DNA of 37,960 nt, taken from contig JAITIB010000006.1 in the NCBI GenBank assembly GCA_031279675.1, positions 1 to 37,960 of the forward strand. The letters are read 5' to 3'. This DNA comes from Puniceicoccales bacterium (GTDB taxonomy: Bacteria; Verrucomicrobiota; Verrucomicrobiia; Opitutales; UBA953). Positions 22,675 through 32,524 of this stretch are shown in pieces; the first letter of the stretch is position 1, and each line of letters opens with the position of its first letter. Both the position numbers and the translations under genes were made by a program. Under the pieces are notes generated by a model that searched no databases, was not told where the DNA came from, and saw only the letters and a list, made by a program, of their open reading frames with translations.

Positions 22675-22703
22675 AGACCTCGTGTTCGGAAGGACGGCAG
22701 GGA

Positions 22704-24053
22704 TTAATCCGTGGAACCCCCTTCGTCATCGCAACGGCCCACATTGCGCTCAAGCCGGACCCGACGAATATTTCCCGCAGACACCTCGTAGGCGATGACA
22801 CGAAACTCACCAATCTGAACCGTGTCGTTACGATGCGGGAAAAAATCCATGTGACGCTTCATCCACTCTCCCACGGTTTCCGTCGGCGCCGCCTCAAAGG
22901 CCCACCCCGTCTCCGCCTGAAGCTCGCGCATCGGCATTTCCCCATGAACAACAATGGATCCCGCGGTACGCGTGAGGACATAGCCCTTGCCACGGTCAAG
23001 CTCGTCGCGGATATCGCCAAGGATCTCTTCAAGCACATCCTCAAAGGTGACAATGCCGGCGAGATGTTTCCCATCGTCAAGCACGACGGCAAGATGGCTG
23101 CGCGCGGCGCGAAAACGCTCTATCATGATGGGAACGGGCGTCGTCAGGTGAAATCGCAACACAGGGCGGATGAGCGGTTCAAAGGAACAGATCTCGCCCA
23201 GCGTCTGCATCTGCCAAAGCCATTCGCGCGCAAGGACCAGACCGCGCACCTCGTCCATTTTCCCATCGCACACGGGGAAACGGCTGCGCCCGGAACTGCG
23301 GGCAATCTGAAGGTTTTCCTGCGTGCTTTTGTCGAGCCAGAGGGCGATGACCTGATGCCGGGGCATCATGATCTGGCGCGCTGTCGTCGTGCGCACACGA
23401 AGGGTTTGCACCATGAGCCGGTTCACGAGCGCATGCGCGGCGGAAAGATCGTTCGCATGGCTGAAGACATACTCAAGCTCATCCGCGCCAAAAGTGTGCT
23501 GGGGCTCGTCCACCGCCCCCAGCCCAAGGAGCCGCAACAACTGGTTGGCCGCACCATTGAGAAGCCAGATGAAGGGATAAAGAACCCAGTGGAAGAGCAT
23601 CAACGGCGGTGCCGTCCAAAGCGCAATCTGCTTGGGACGCTGGATCGCAAGGGACTTGGGTGCGAGCTCACCAAGCACAATGTGGAAAAACGTGATGACA
23701 CCAAAGGCCATGGCAAAGGCCATGGACGACACCGCAGTGGCGTCGGTAATTCCGCAAGTGGCCACCACGGGGGCAATCCGTTTGGCAAGAAAGGGCTCCC
23801 CTACCCAACCAAGGCCAAGGCTGGCGAGAGTGATGCCAAGTTGTGTGGCAGAGAGCGCGGCATCAAGGTGCTGCGTGGCTTTCAGGGCGAAACGAACGCG
23901 CCACCCGCCTGTCTTGCTCATGGGACGAAGCTGGGTGTGGCGGACTTTGACGAGGGCAAACTCGGCGGCCACGAAAAACCCGTTAGCAAGAACAAGCGCG
24001 AGTATAACGACGAATTCGGTAATGGTTCCCAAGAGGGTGCTGGAAGTGTTCAC
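22704..24053 (-). CDS. CNNM/TlyC-family hemolysin-like protein (DUF21-CBS-CorC_HlyC)
   Basis: DUF21 membrane N-terminus (ANGFFVAAEFALVKVR), a CBS pair (IMMPRHQV..., GIVTFEDVLEEILGDIRDE) and a CorC/HlyC C-terminal domain. Confidence 0.9.
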   Translation of the reverse strand: MNTSSTLLGTITEFVVILALVLANGFFVAAEFALVKVRHTQLRPMSKTGGWRVRFALKATQHLDAALSATQLGITLASLGLGWVGEPFLAKRIAPVVATCGITDATAVSSMAFAMAFGVITFFHIVLGELAPKSLAIQRPKQIALWTAPPLMLFHWVLYPFIWLLNGAANQLLRLLGLGAVDEPQHTFGADELEYVFSHANDLSAAHALVNRLMVQTLRVRTTTARQIMMPRHQVIALWLDKSTQENLQIARSSGRSRFPVCDGKMDEVRGLVLAREWLWQMQTLGEICSFEPLIRPVLRFHLTTPVPIMIERFRAARSHLAVVLDDGKHLAGIVTFEDVLEEILGDIRDELDRGKGYVLTRTAGSIVVHGEMPMRELQAETGWAFEAAPTETVGEWMKRHMDFFPHRNDTVQIGEFRVIAYEVSAGNIRRVRLERNVGRCDDEGGSTD

Positions 24054-24097
24054 GTGCGGGGATTGCTTCTGTGCGTATGGACGTGGACGACAAGCAA

Positions 24098-24126
24098 ATA
24101 TGCCGGACGGCTGGCGTCCGGCATAT
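24098..24126 (-). terminator. 12-bp perfect inverted repeat; possible terminator of the alpha operon
   Basis: ATATGCCGGACG-gctgg-CGTCCGGCATAT, 136 nt downstream of the rplQ stop. On the minus strand it is followed by TTGCTTGTCG, only a modest U-tract. Confidence 0.35.
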
Positions 24127-24261
24127 CCGATCGCGCGGTCGTGGCCGCGCTCACTGTCCTATTTACGAAAAAGAATAACCACGAAATTACTGGATAGTCG
24201 GTTGAGTGACTTAGTTTTTGTTAGTCCTTGTAATATCGTGGTTAAAGTGGTTTGCGCCCGG

Positions 24262-24789
24262 TTACGCTGAGACAGCAGGCGACGGAGAAGGTTCCACATT
24301 CTCTGTCTGTGAGGGAGCGGGGGCGGCATCCGCGGATGCGGCGGTTCTCCTCGTTCTGGCTTTCCGCGCAGGCTTCCGTGCCGCCGCCGTCTTTTTGTAG
24401 CCCTCGTCAGAGGCGGACACCAATTCAATCAACGCCATCTCCGCGGCATCACCCGTGCGCTGGACGAGTTTGTAAATACGGGTATAGCCGCCGGGTCGCT
24501 TCAGGAACTCGGCAGCACGTTCGCCAAAAAGTTTCTTGACGGCATCGGCGTCGCGAACACGGGCGACCGCAAGCCTGCGGTAGTGCACCTTCACGGCGCT
24601 CTCCTCCGCGAGCGCCGCCTTCTTTGCATAGGTTATGATTTTCTCCGCGTATGGGCGCAAGGCCTTGGCCTTGGCCAATGTGGTCTGAATACGTCCGTGG
24701 GCGAAGAGGGCGGTGGAGAGGCTTGCCATTAGGGCTTCGCGATGGGCGCGTTTTATGCCAAGCTGGTGGCTGTGTTTCCGGTGTCTCAT
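24262..24789 (-). CDS. rplQ: 50S ribosomal protein L17 with an Ala/Pro-rich C-terminal extension
   Basis: MRHRKHSHQLGIKRAHREALMASLSTALFAHGRIQTTLAKAKALRPYAEKIIT is the canonical L17 N-terminus. 175 aa. Confidence 0.92.
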   Translation of the reverse strand: MRHRKHSHQLGIKRAHREALMASLSTALFAHGRIQTTLAKAKALRPYAEKIITYAKKAALAEESAVKVHYRRLAVARVRDADAVKKLFGERAAEFLKRPGGYTRIYKLVQRTGDAAEMALIELVSASDEGYKKTAAARKPARKARTRRTAASADAAPAPSQTENVEPSPSPAVSA

Positions 24790-24837
24790 GGGTGTTTGTC
24801 GTGGTGATTCGTCGGTGGTGAACGGGGATTGGCGCGC

Positions 24838-25839
24838 TTACTTGGTGATGGCTTTGTCGAGCAGACGCTCGTCAAGTTTCATGCCGAGCGAAAGCCCGAG
24901 CTGCTCCAATTTCGCCTTGATTTCATTGAGGGATTTCTTCCCGAAGTTGCGATACTTCAGCATCTCTTGCTCGGACTTAAGCGCGAGCTCGCCGACCGTG
25001 GTTATGTTGGCGTTGTTCAGACAGTTGGCGGCGCGAACTGAGAGTTCGATCTCATTGACGGACATGTTGAGGAGTTTGCGGAGACGGTTTTGCTCCTCGC
25101 TGATTTCTTTGCCATGCGCTTCGAACTCGATGTCACGATGCGTGCCATCACCAAAAATATCGAGGTGATGCCGGAGAATGGCTCCGGATTCCTTGAGGGC
25201 ATCGTCAGGAGTGATGCGCCCGTCGGTCCAAATTTCGAGGATGAGCTTGTCGTAATCCGTCATTTGCCCGACGCGGGTGTTCTCAACGGCATATTTGACG
25301 AGGCGGACAGGGCTGTAAAGGGAGTCCACGGGAATGACTCCGATCGTCTGTGTGTCGCTCTTGTTGTCATCCGATGCGGCCCAGCTGCGACCGACGCGGA
25401 CTTCAATCTCGGCATAGAAACGACGTTTGCGGTCCAAGGTGCAAATGACCTGACCGGGGTTGATGATGTCCAAGTCGGGCACAAGCTGAATGTCTTTGGC
25501 TGTGATTGGCCCCTCGCGATCGACATCAAGGGTGACCTGGAAGGTATCCCGTTTTCGGGCTTTGAAGAGTATGGATTTGAGGTTGAGGACGATGTCGGTC
25601 ACATCCTCAACGATGCCTTCAATGGACTGAAACTCGTGCTGGACACCGTCTATTTTGATGGAACTGATCGCGGCCCCCTCAATGGAGCTGAGAAGGACGC
25701 GGCGGAGGGCATTCCCGATGGTGTGCCCGTAACCCGTCTCAAAGGGTTCGGCAACAAACTTGGCGTAAGTGTCGTTGGATACGGCTTCATCCTTTTTCAA
25801 CTGCTTGGGTAATTCGAATTTTCCGAGTCGTTTGGGCAT
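24838..25839 (-). CDS. rpoA: DNA-directed RNA polymerase subunit alpha
   Basis: GYGHTIGNALRRVLLSSIEGAAI in the N-terminal domain, and the C-terminal domain ELSVRAANCLNNANITTVGEL. 333 aa. Confidence 0.95.
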   Translation of the reverse strand: MPKRLGKFELPKQLKKDEAVSNDTYAKFVAEPFETGYGHTIGNALRRVLLSSIEGAAISSIKIDGVQHEFQSIEGIVEDVTDIVLNLKSILFKARKRDTFQVTLDVDREGPITAKDIQLVPDLDIINPGQVICTLDRKRRFYAEIEVRVGRSWAASDDNKSDTQTIGVIPVDSLYSPVRLVKYAVENTRVGQMTDYDKLILEIWTDGRITPDDALKESGAILRHHLDIFGDGTHRDIEFEAHGKEISEEQNRLRKLLNMSVNEIELSVRAANCLNNANITTVGELALKSEQEMLKYRNFGKKSLNEIKAKLEQLGLSLGMKLDERLLDKAITK

Positions 25840-25893
25840 GGCTTTTATTTCTCCGGTGATGATTGTGTTGTTCGGGTGCGGGTGGATTGCTTG

Positions 25894-26502
25894 TTAACGG
25901 CTGTAGAACTCGACGATGAGCTGGACGTTAATTTCAGTGGGGAGCTCCTCGGCGGCGGGCTGACGGTTAACGGTGCCACGGAGGACATCGTTCGCCATGC
26001 TGAGCCAGGCGGGGACAACACGCTGTTGGTTCTCCTCGGTGCCACGGGTGGCAAGCTGTTTGGAAGAGGTGCGATTACGCACCTCAATCTGGTCCCCTGG
26101 CGAGCAGGTGTAACTGGGGATGTCAACCTTGTGCCCGTTGACGGCGATGTGCCCATGACACACGAATTGCCGGGCAGCACGACGGGTGCGGCTAAGCCCG
26201 AGAAGGTAAACCACATTGTCAAGACGGGTGTGGAGGAGACGGAGAAAATTCTCACCAGTAACCCCCCCCTGCCGCTTGGCCCTGGCAAAGGTGAGCTGAA
26301 ATTGTTTCTCGTTGAGGCCATACATGAAGCGAAGCTTCTGCTTCTCATTGAGGCCGGTGCCATACTCGGAAATCTTGCGGCGTTTGGTAGGGCCGTGGAT
26401 GCCCGGGGCGTAAGGCTTGCGTTCTTCCGCCTTGCTGGGGTGGAAGATATGCTGGCCAAAACGGCGGTTGATCTTGCTGGTGGGTCCGGTGTAGCGGGAC
26501 AT
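25894..26502 (-). CDS. rpsD: 30S ribosomal protein S4
   Basis: MSRYTGPTSKINRRFGQHIF..., the S4 domain RLDNVVYLLGLSRTRRAARQFVCHGHIAVNG. 202 aa. Confidence 0.95.
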   Translation of the reverse strand: MSRYTGPTSKINRRFGQHIFHPSKAEERKPYAPGIHGPTKRRKISEYGTGLNEKQKLRFMYGLNEKQFQLTFARAKRQGGVTGENFLRLLHTRLDNVVYLLGLSRTRRAARQFVCHGHIAVNGHKVDIPSYTCSPGDQIEVRNRTSSKQLATRGTEENQQRVVPAWLSMANDVLRGTVNRQPAAEELPTEINVQLIVEFYSR

Positions 26503-26595
26503 GTGTTTGAGCTTTTATTGTTTTGCGGCGGTTGAATCAACCGCCCGGATTGCCATCACCGGGCGGGAAAATGCAAATTGGGTGAGGTTCCTGGG

Positions 26596-27195
26596 TTAAA
26601 CGCGACGACGCTTGGGCGGACGGCATCCGTTGTGAGGAACGGGAGTGGCGTCAACTATGGTTGTGACATTGAGACCGAGGGTTTGCAGCGCACGAATGGC
26701 ACTGTCCCGCCCCATGCCAGGACCTTTGATCTTGACGGCAACTTCCTTGAGCCCGTGCGACATGGCAACGCGCCCGGCGTCCTGACAGACAACCTGCGCG
26801 GCATAGGCGGTGGACTTGCGGGAACCACGGAAACTGTTTTTGCCAGCGGTCGACCAAGAAATCACGTTGCCATTCTGATCGGTGAACGTGACTTTCGTGT
26901 TGTTAAACGTGGCGAGAACGTGGCAGACCCCGACGGAAATATTTTTGGACCCTTTGGCTTTGCGGATTTTGACCTCTTCAAGGCCTTCGGAAAGAAGATC
27001 CTTGGCCGTGATTTCTTTCTTTTCCGCAGGAGGGGACGCAGGGGCGCTGTCAGCCGCCAACGGCGCGGCGGCGGCAGGCGCGGCATCTTTCTCACCCTTC
27101 GTTTTTGCTTTGGGTTTCACTGGAGTGGGAGCCTCCTTCTCAACGGCGGGCGCGGGCGGGGGCGTGATGGTGATGTCCTTCTCGTCTTGACTCAT
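26596..27195 (-). CDS. rpsK: 30S ribosomal protein S11 with an N-terminal Pro/Ala/Lys-rich extension of about 70 aa
   Basis: Core [30 protein letters not shown]...[12 protein letters not shown]...[13 protein letters not shown]. No in-frame start codon lies between M1 and the core. Only a 27-nt gap to the rpsM stop. Confidence 0.92.
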   Translation of the reverse strand: MSQDEKDITITPPPAPAVEKEAPTPVKPKAKTKGEKDAAPAAAAPLAADSAPASPPAEKKEITAKDLLSEGLEEVKIRKAKGSKNISVGVCHVLATFNNTKVTFTDQNGNVISWSTAGKNSFRGSRKSTAYAAQVVCQDAGRVAMSHGLKEVAVKIKGPGMGRDSAIRALQTLGLNVTTIVDATPVPHNGCRPPKRRRV

Positions 27196-27222
27196 GTTTT
27201 TGGATGATTGGCGGTGTCGTGA

Positions 27223-27600
27223 TTATGCGGATTTTTTCGCCGCGCCAATGGTTTTGCGCGCGCCCTTCCGGGTGCGGGCATTGGTGCGGGTGCGTTGACC
27301 GCGAACGGGAAGCCCGCGAAAATGACGAAGCCCGCGGTAACACTTGATGGCTTGGAAACGCTTGAGGTTCTGGCTGATTTCGCGGCGCAAATCCCCCTCG
27401 CACTTGTAGCCACGTTCAACGATGTAGCCGACAATCTTGTTCAGCTGCTCCTCGGTGAGGTCCTGTGCGCGAAGGGCCGGGTTGATGCCCAAGGCATCCA
27501 CGATTTCAATGGCACGGGTCGGACCGATGCCATAAATGTAGCGTAACGCGTATTCAACGCGCTTGTTATTAGGTATATCGACACCAAGGAGGCGAGGCAT
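27223..27600 (-). CDS. rpsM: 30S ribosomal protein S13
   Basis: Internal ATG at 27600 gives [30 protein letters not shown], the canonical S13 start. 125 aa. Confidence 0.93.
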   Translation of the reverse strand: MPRLLGVDIPNNKRVEYALRYIYGIGPTRAIEIVDALGINPALRAQDLTEEQLNKIVGYIVERGYKCEGDLRREISQNLKRFQAIKCYRGLRHFRGLPVRGQRTRTNARTRKGARKTIGAAKKSA

Positions 27601-27704
27601 AGATGATGATGAGGTTGTTCTGTGTTTTGATTGGAAAAGAGGGAGGAAAGTGGAGAGGCTTCGGGTGCTTGGAAAGAAAAAAATCGAGGGAGGTCCAAAA
27701 AAGT

Positions 27705-28469
27705 TCATCCGGTAACAGTCAGGATTTCCGGGGGACCTTCGGTGATAAGGATGGTATGTTCGTAGTGGGCTGCCGGCTTGCCATCCTTCGTGCGAACCGT
27801 CCAGCCATCGGCAGCAAGGACAATGTCCGCCGCGCCAAGTGTTATCATGGGCTCAACGGCAAGAGTCATGCCGGGTCGCAAAAGAGCCCCCGTCCCGGGC
27901 TTTCCAAAATTGGGAATCTGCGGCGCTTCATGCAAATCGCGTCCAATACCGTGCCCAACGTATTCCTCAACGATACCGTAATTGGCAAAACGGACATGGC
28001 GTTGGACGGCGTGGGATATATCGTGCACCCTGTTGCCGGCGCGGGCTTGGTCGATGGCGGCATAAAGGGCCTCGCGGGTCGTTTCACAAAGGGCGCGGAC
28101 TTCAGTCGAAACCGGCTCGACCAAGACAGTACAAGCGTTGTCGCCCGAAAACCCTTTCTTGCGGACAACAACATCCAGCGAAACAACGTCCCCCGGCTGG
28201 ATGGCACGACATGGGCTGGGCACGCCATGGACAACTTCGTCGTTGACAGAAATGCAGGTATGCGCGGGAAAGCGCAGACGCCCGTGTTTGTAATTGTAAC
28301 TGCCGCTTTCCACCCCCAGCTCCTTCATGAAATCCCTCCCGGCAACATCCAACTCCTGCGTGGTAACACCAGCCCGCACAAGCGGCACCATCCGGGAGAG
28401 AACGATGGCAGCAGCGAGACAAACCTCGCGCATGATGGCAATTTCCGCCGCTGTTTTTATCGGGATCAT
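27705..28469 (-). CDS. map: type I methionine aminopeptidase
   Basis: Internal ATG at 28469 ([16 protein letters not shown]...). Metal-ligand blocks [29 protein letters not shown] and YEHTILIT. 254 aa. Confidence 0.92.
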   Translation of the reverse strand: MIPIKTAAEIAIMREVCLAAAIVLSRMVPLVRAGVTTQELDVAGRDFMKELGVESGSYNYKHGRLRFPAHTCISVNDEVVHGVPSPCRAIQPGDVVSLDVVVRKKGFSGDNACTVLVEPVSTEVRALCETTREALYAAIDQARAGNRVHDISHAVQRHVRFANYGIVEEYVGHGIGRDLHEAPQIPNFGKPGTGALLRPGMTLAVEPMITLGAADIVLAADGWTVRTKDGKPAAHYEHTILITEGPPEILTVTG

Positions 28470-28509
28470 GAGCGATGGCCAAATGTGAAAAAACAGTGTT
28501 CTCGCATGC

Positions 28510-30075
28510 TCAGGAAGCGGAAACGCGTGCAAAGTTATAAATGGCGGCAGCGATGCCGAGCACAAGGATGAGCACGCAAACATAGCCCAATCGTCCAAGG
28601 CCGCGTTTCTCTCCAAAATCCACAACCTTGCGCGACGGCATGGGGATGTTGAGCCCGCCAATGCGTCCTTTTTTCAAGAAACCTTCGTAGTGGCGCTGCA
28701 GCAATATGGCCTCAATTTGCGCCATTGTATCAAGCGAAACACCGACAGCAATCAGACCTCCGGTCCCTCCCATCAAGTAGGCAAGCCGCGACGGAAATGT
28801 GAACTGCTGCGCCAAAATATTCGGCAGCAATGCGATGATCACGAGAAACACCGAGCCGGCAAGCGTAAGCCGGGTCATCACGAAATCCAAAAACTTGGCG
28901 GTGGCGTCCCCAGGGCGCACCCCGGGAATATAACCACTGTTCTTTTTAAGATCATCGGCAATCTGTATGGGTTTGAACATGAGCGAGACCCAAAAGTAGC
29001 TGAACGCAAAGATGAGCACGGCCTCGACAATGTAATACAAGGTGGAGCTCGCGCCAAAATCATTGGCAAACTTCAAGCAGTAACCGCCGATATCCCGCCA
29101 GACGCCCTCCTTCGTGGAAAGCAACGCGCCAAGCCATTGGAACATCATGGAAGGAAAGCTCAGTATGGCACTGGCAAAAATGACGGGCATGACGCCGGCA
29201 AAATTGATTTTCAGCGGAAGATACGAGGACTGCCCGCCATACATTTTGCGCCCGACAAGCCGTTTGGCATACTGCACCGGAATTTTGCGAATGGTTTGCG
29301 CCACCGCCGTCATCGCCGCATAAACAAGCACCCCCATGATGATAATGCCAACACCATGCTCCCAAGTGTAAAGTTGAGTCTGCCCCGCCACCTTGGGCGT
29401 GAACGCGGTGAGGAACTGTTTGGTCGCGCCCGGGAGGTCGGCAAGAATGCCCACGGTAATCAATATCGAGGTGCCGTTGCCTATGCCGCGCTGTGTGATC
29501 TGCTCGCCCAACCAAGTCATTATCACCGCCCCAGCGGTGAGAATGACGACAGCCAGCAAAATGAAAAGCGACTTGTTGATGACGACCAACTCAATGTTTT
29601 TGGCATCGGCATTGCCAAGAACCTGCCCAACGGCGTCCGGGTTGCTCAGCGCAGCGGCAAGCATGAACCCTTGGACGACCGCTATGAGAATGGTGAGATA
29701 ACGGGAATACTGGGCGATTTTCTGGCGCCCGATATCGCCTTCCTGCTGAAGCCGGGAAATGGACGGAACCACCGCGCCCATGAGCTGCATGATGATGCTG
29801 GCACTGATGTAGGGCATGATGCCGAGGGCAAAGATGGCCCCCTTGATAAGGGCACCGCCTGTGAACAGGTTATACATCGCCATGAGCCCAGCCCCGGCGT
29901 CCGCTTTCGACATCGCCGCGCTAAGCGCACGCTCCAATTCCGTCGGGTTGATCCCGGGCAAAGGAATGCACGCGCCCATGCGGGCGACAAAAAGAAGGCC
30001 GAGGGCAACAATCAGACGTTGGCGCAGCTCGGGAATTTTCCAACAATTGGCGAATGCCTTGAACATCGTTAGCAA
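28510..30075 (-). CDS. secY: preprotein translocase subunit SecY with a C-terminal extension
   Basis: IPELRQRL...PGINP...GGAL....IFALGIMPYISASII.QL...QYSRYLT.. are typical SecY blocks. At 521 aa it is about 70 aa longer than typical. The C-terminal tail contains an extra hydrophobic helix. Confidence 0.93.
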   Translation of the reverse strand: MLTMFKAFANCWKIPELRQRLIVALGLLFVARMGACIPLPGINPTELERALSAAMSKADAGAGLMAMYNLFTGGALIKGAIFALGIMPYISASIIMQLMGAVVPSISRLQQEGDIGRQKIAQYSRYLTILIAVVQGFMLAAALSNPDAVGQVLGNADAKNIELVVINKSLFILLAVVILTAGAVIMTWLGEQITQRGIGNGTSILITVGILADLPGATKQFLTAFTPKVAGQTQLYTWEHGVGIIIMGVLVYAAMTAVAQTIRKIPVQYAKRLVGRKMYGGQSSYLPLKINFAGVMPVIFASAILSFPSMMFQWLGALLSTKEGVWRDIGGYCLKFANDFGASSTLYYIVEAVLIFAFSYFWVSLMFKPIQIADDLKKNSGYIPGVRPGDATAKFLDFVMTRLTLAGSVFLVIIALLPNILAQQFTFPSRLAYLMGGTGGLIAVGVSLDTMAQIEAILLQRHYEGFLKKGRIGGLNIPMPSRKVVDFGEKRGLGRLGYVCVLILVLGIAAAIYNFARVSAS

Positions 30076-30219
30076 TTATTATTCCTTGGAAAAAAAGAGA
30101 CTGGCCTGACGCAGGAATGAGACCTGGCGGAGGTCTCTTTAGCGTCGGGAAGGGATGGTTGCTTTCCTCGCATCAAGCCAGAATGGGTTGTCCTACCCCC
30201 CAAGGAGGGGGGGATTCGG

Positions 30220-30702
30220 TCAAATTTTGGACGCCTCTCCGGTGGCGTCGGGTTCGGGAGATGCCTTCAACTCGATTACCTTGCCTCCGGCAGCCTCAAT
30301 CTTGGATTTCGCCGAGGCCGAAAATTTGTGCGCGGAAACAGTGACGGCACGGCTGAGTTCGCCCACACCAAGCACCTTGAACAATGCGGACGATGCGCGA
30401 AGGGCGCCGAAACGCACAAGCGCGTCGCGGTCAACGGAATCGGACCCAATCTTGGCAATGGTGGACAGGTTGACGACGGCAAAGGTTTCGCGATTGATGT
30501 TGTTGAAACCCCGGTGCGGGAGTTTGCGGTAAAGCGGCATCTGCCCGCCCTCAAATCCCGGGCGGACGCCACCGCCGGAACGGGCCTTCATGCCCTTGTG
30601 TCCCCGCCCGGAAGTTTTTCCGTGCCCGCTGCCACGTCCACAACCAAGACGTTTGTGCCGGTGTGTGGAGCCCTCGATTTTCGGTAAAGTGTGCAATTTC
30701 AT
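30220..30702 (-). CDS. rplO: 50S ribosomal protein L15
   Basis: Internal ATG at 30702 gives MKLHTLPKIEGSTHRHKRLGCGRGSGHGKTSGRGHKGMKARSGG, a canonical L15 N-terminus. 160 aa. Confidence 0.9.
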   Translation of the reverse strand: MKLHTLPKIEGSTHRHKRLGCGRGSGHGKTSGRGHKGMKARSGGGVRPGFEGGQMPLYRKLPHRGFNNINRETFAVVNLSTIAKIGSDSVDRDALVRFGALRASSALFKVLGVGELSRAVTVSAHKFSASAKSKIEAAGGKVIELKASPEPDATGEASKI

Positions 30703-30733
30703 GAACGTTACTTTTAACTTGCTGATTATTGTA

Positions 30734-31546
30734 TTAGGAGCGCGTGGCCTTGATTTGCTCAAGGGTGCGCAGTTGGTGCAGCCCGGCAAGCGTCGCCTTG
30801 ACAACAGCCTGCGGATTGTTCGAACCAAGTGATTTCGAAAGGATGTCCTTGATGCCGGCAACCTCAAGAACGGCTCGAACGCCACCCCCAGCAATGACCC
30901 CTGTGCCGGGAGAGGCCGGACGCAGGAGGACCCGGCCTCCATCCGATTCGCCAAAAACTTCGTGCGGTATCGTGTTGGCTCGCAGGTTCACGGCGCGCAA
31001 CGAGCGGTGCGCACGCTCCGTCCCCTTGCGGATGGCCTCCGGAACTTCCTTTGCCTTGCCGTAGCCGACGCCGACGCGGCCCTTGCCATCCCCGGAAACA
31101 ACGAGCGCGGCAAAACTGAAACGACGTCCGCCTTTGACGACCTTGGAGCAACGGTTGACGTGGACGACCTTGTCCGTGTATTCGTTTGCCTGAAGGTCAT
31201 TGAGGGCATCCGACCGGCGTCTTCCCCGCCCGCCACGGTCACCACGACGGCGTCCGCCACCACTGGCGCCCGCGCCGGAATTCGCGGGGGATGCGCTGCC
31301 GCCGCTCGCGGTGGCATCGGCGGTGGGAGCTCCTCCGCCACTGCCCCCACGGTCACCGCGCGGAGCGCGGCGGTCGCGACGGTTGCCGAAACGGGAGAAG
31401 TCTCCACGGGGGCTGTCGCGCGAGACGGAAGCGTCACCAGCATTTTTGTTTTCTGCCGTGGGTTCCCTTGATTCCGCTGTGGCAGCGGGGGGTTGCTCCG
31501 CAACAACGGCGGGTGCGTCAGCTTGGGTTTCCTGTTCGTTGGACAT
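30734..31546 (-). CDS. rpsE: 30S ribosomal protein S5 with an N-terminal Arg/Gly-rich extension of about 110 aa
   Basis: Core [50 protein letters not shown]...[27 protein letters not shown]. 270 aa. 17-nt gap to the rplR stop. Confidence 0.9.
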   Translation of the reverse strand: MSNEQETQADAPAVVAEQPPAATAESREPTAENKNAGDASVSRDSPRGDFSRFGNRRDRRAPRGDRGGSGGGAPTADATASGGSASPANSGAGASGGGRRRGDRGGRGRRRSDALNDLQANEYTDKVVHVNRCSKVVKGGRRFSFAALVVSGDGKGRVGVGYGKAKEVPEAIRKGTERAHRSLRAVNLRANTIPHEVFGESDGGRVLLRPASPGTGVIAGGGVRAVLEVAGIKDILSKSLGSNNPQAVVKATLAGLHQLRTLEQIKATRS

Positions 31547-31563
31547 TGGTCAAATGAGTTGGA

Positions 31564-31929
31564 TTAGAATTGGACGCCTTCGGCCCGGACGGCGTCGGCA
31601 AAGGCTTTGACGGTGCCGTGGTAACGGCGGCTCCCGCGGTCAAAAACAACGGAGGCAATTCCGGCGGCCTTGATTTTTCCGCCCACTTGCTTGCCAAAGG
31701 TTCCGGCCCCGGCAGTGTTGGGCCTGAGCTTGAGATCACGAAACACTTTTTGGGTGGTGGCTCCGGCAACGAGGGTGCGCCCGGTGGCGTCATCAATAGC
31801 CTGGGCGTAAATGTGCAGGTGGGTGAATTTCACGCTGAGGCGCGGACGCTCGGCAGTCCCGATGATTTTCTTACGGATGCGCCAGTGGCGTTTTTGAGCG
31901 AGTTTGAGCTTCGTTGGAGTCTTGTTCAT
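31564..31929 (-). CDS. rplR: 50S ribosomal protein L18
   Basis: KRHWRIRKKIIGTAERPRLSVKFTHLHIYAQAIDD...VFDRG...YHG.VKAFADAVR..G..F. 121 aa. Confidence 0.92.
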   Translation of the reverse strand: MNKTPTKLKLAQKRHWRIRKKIIGTAERPRLSVKFTHLHIYAQAIDDATGRTLVAGATTQKVFRDLKLRPNTAGAGTFGKQVGGKIKAAGIASVVFDRGSRRYHGTVKAFADAVRAEGVQF

Positions 31930-31987
31930 AATGATGTGGTATGCGCGTGCTGGGTGTGGTGCTGCTGCGTTGGAATCAAGCGGAGCA

Positions 31988-32524
31988 TCATGAGGTTTTC
32001 TTGCCTTCCTTGCGGCGGACGAACTCGCCGACGATGCGGACCCCCTTGCCCTTGTAGGGCTCGACGGGGTAATACTGCTTCACGTCGGCAGCGACCTTGC
32101 CCACGGATTCCTTGTCGGCTCCGGTGACCTCAAGCTTGGTGCCGTCCACGATGCCCACCTTGATTCCGGCGGGCAGCTTGTAAAGCACCGGATGGGAATA
32201 GCCGAGGGAGAGATCAAGCACGTCTCCCTTGAGCGTGGCCTTGAACCCGACGCCTTCGATTTCGAGCTTTTTTGAATACCCGACCGTTACGCCAGTGACC
32301 ATGTTCTTGATGATGGCCCGTGCGGTTCCATGCATGGCACCCGCGAAGCGTGATTGCTCGCGGGGCGTGACCGTGACAACGGCACCCTCGTGCTTCAGGG
32401 CAACGACCGGGGAAAAGGTTTTGCTCAGTTTGCCCTTGGGGCCTTCGATGTTGATCGTCTGCCCGGAGAGGGCGATTTTGACGCCCGCCGGGATGGCGAC
32501 TGGAATTTTGCCGATTCTGCTCAT
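31988..32524 (-). CDS. rplF: 50S ribosomal protein L6
   Basis: Internal ATG at 32524 gives MSRIGKIPVAIPAGVKIALSGQTINIEGPKGKLS, then ...EGVGFKA...L.L.LGYSHPV...YKGKGVR. 178 aa. Confidence 0.92.
   Translation of the reverse strand: MSRIGKIPVAIPAGVKIALSGQTINIEGPKGKLSKTFSPVVALKHEGAVVTVTPREQSRFAGAMHGTARAIIKNMVTGVTVGYSKKLEIEGVGFKATLKGDVLDLSLGYSHPVLYKLPAGIKVGIVDGTKLEVTGADKESVGKVAADVKQYYPVEPYKGKGVRIVGEFVRRKEGKKTS

Noticed and set aside
27689-27702. 14-nt match GGAGGTCCAAAAAA to repeat units 3 and 7 of the 18.1-kb array
   Set aside because: It is a short match dominated by an A-run. The flanks do not match the unit (no CTTTCTGACGCG), so this is most likely chance.
27601-27704. Searched the inter-cistronic gaps of the ribosomal cluster for rpmJ/infA (here), adk (28470-28509) and rpmD (30703-30733)
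   Set aside because: The gaps are 104, 40 and 31 bp, too short for these genes. Translating the 104-bp gap gives no L36-like peptide.
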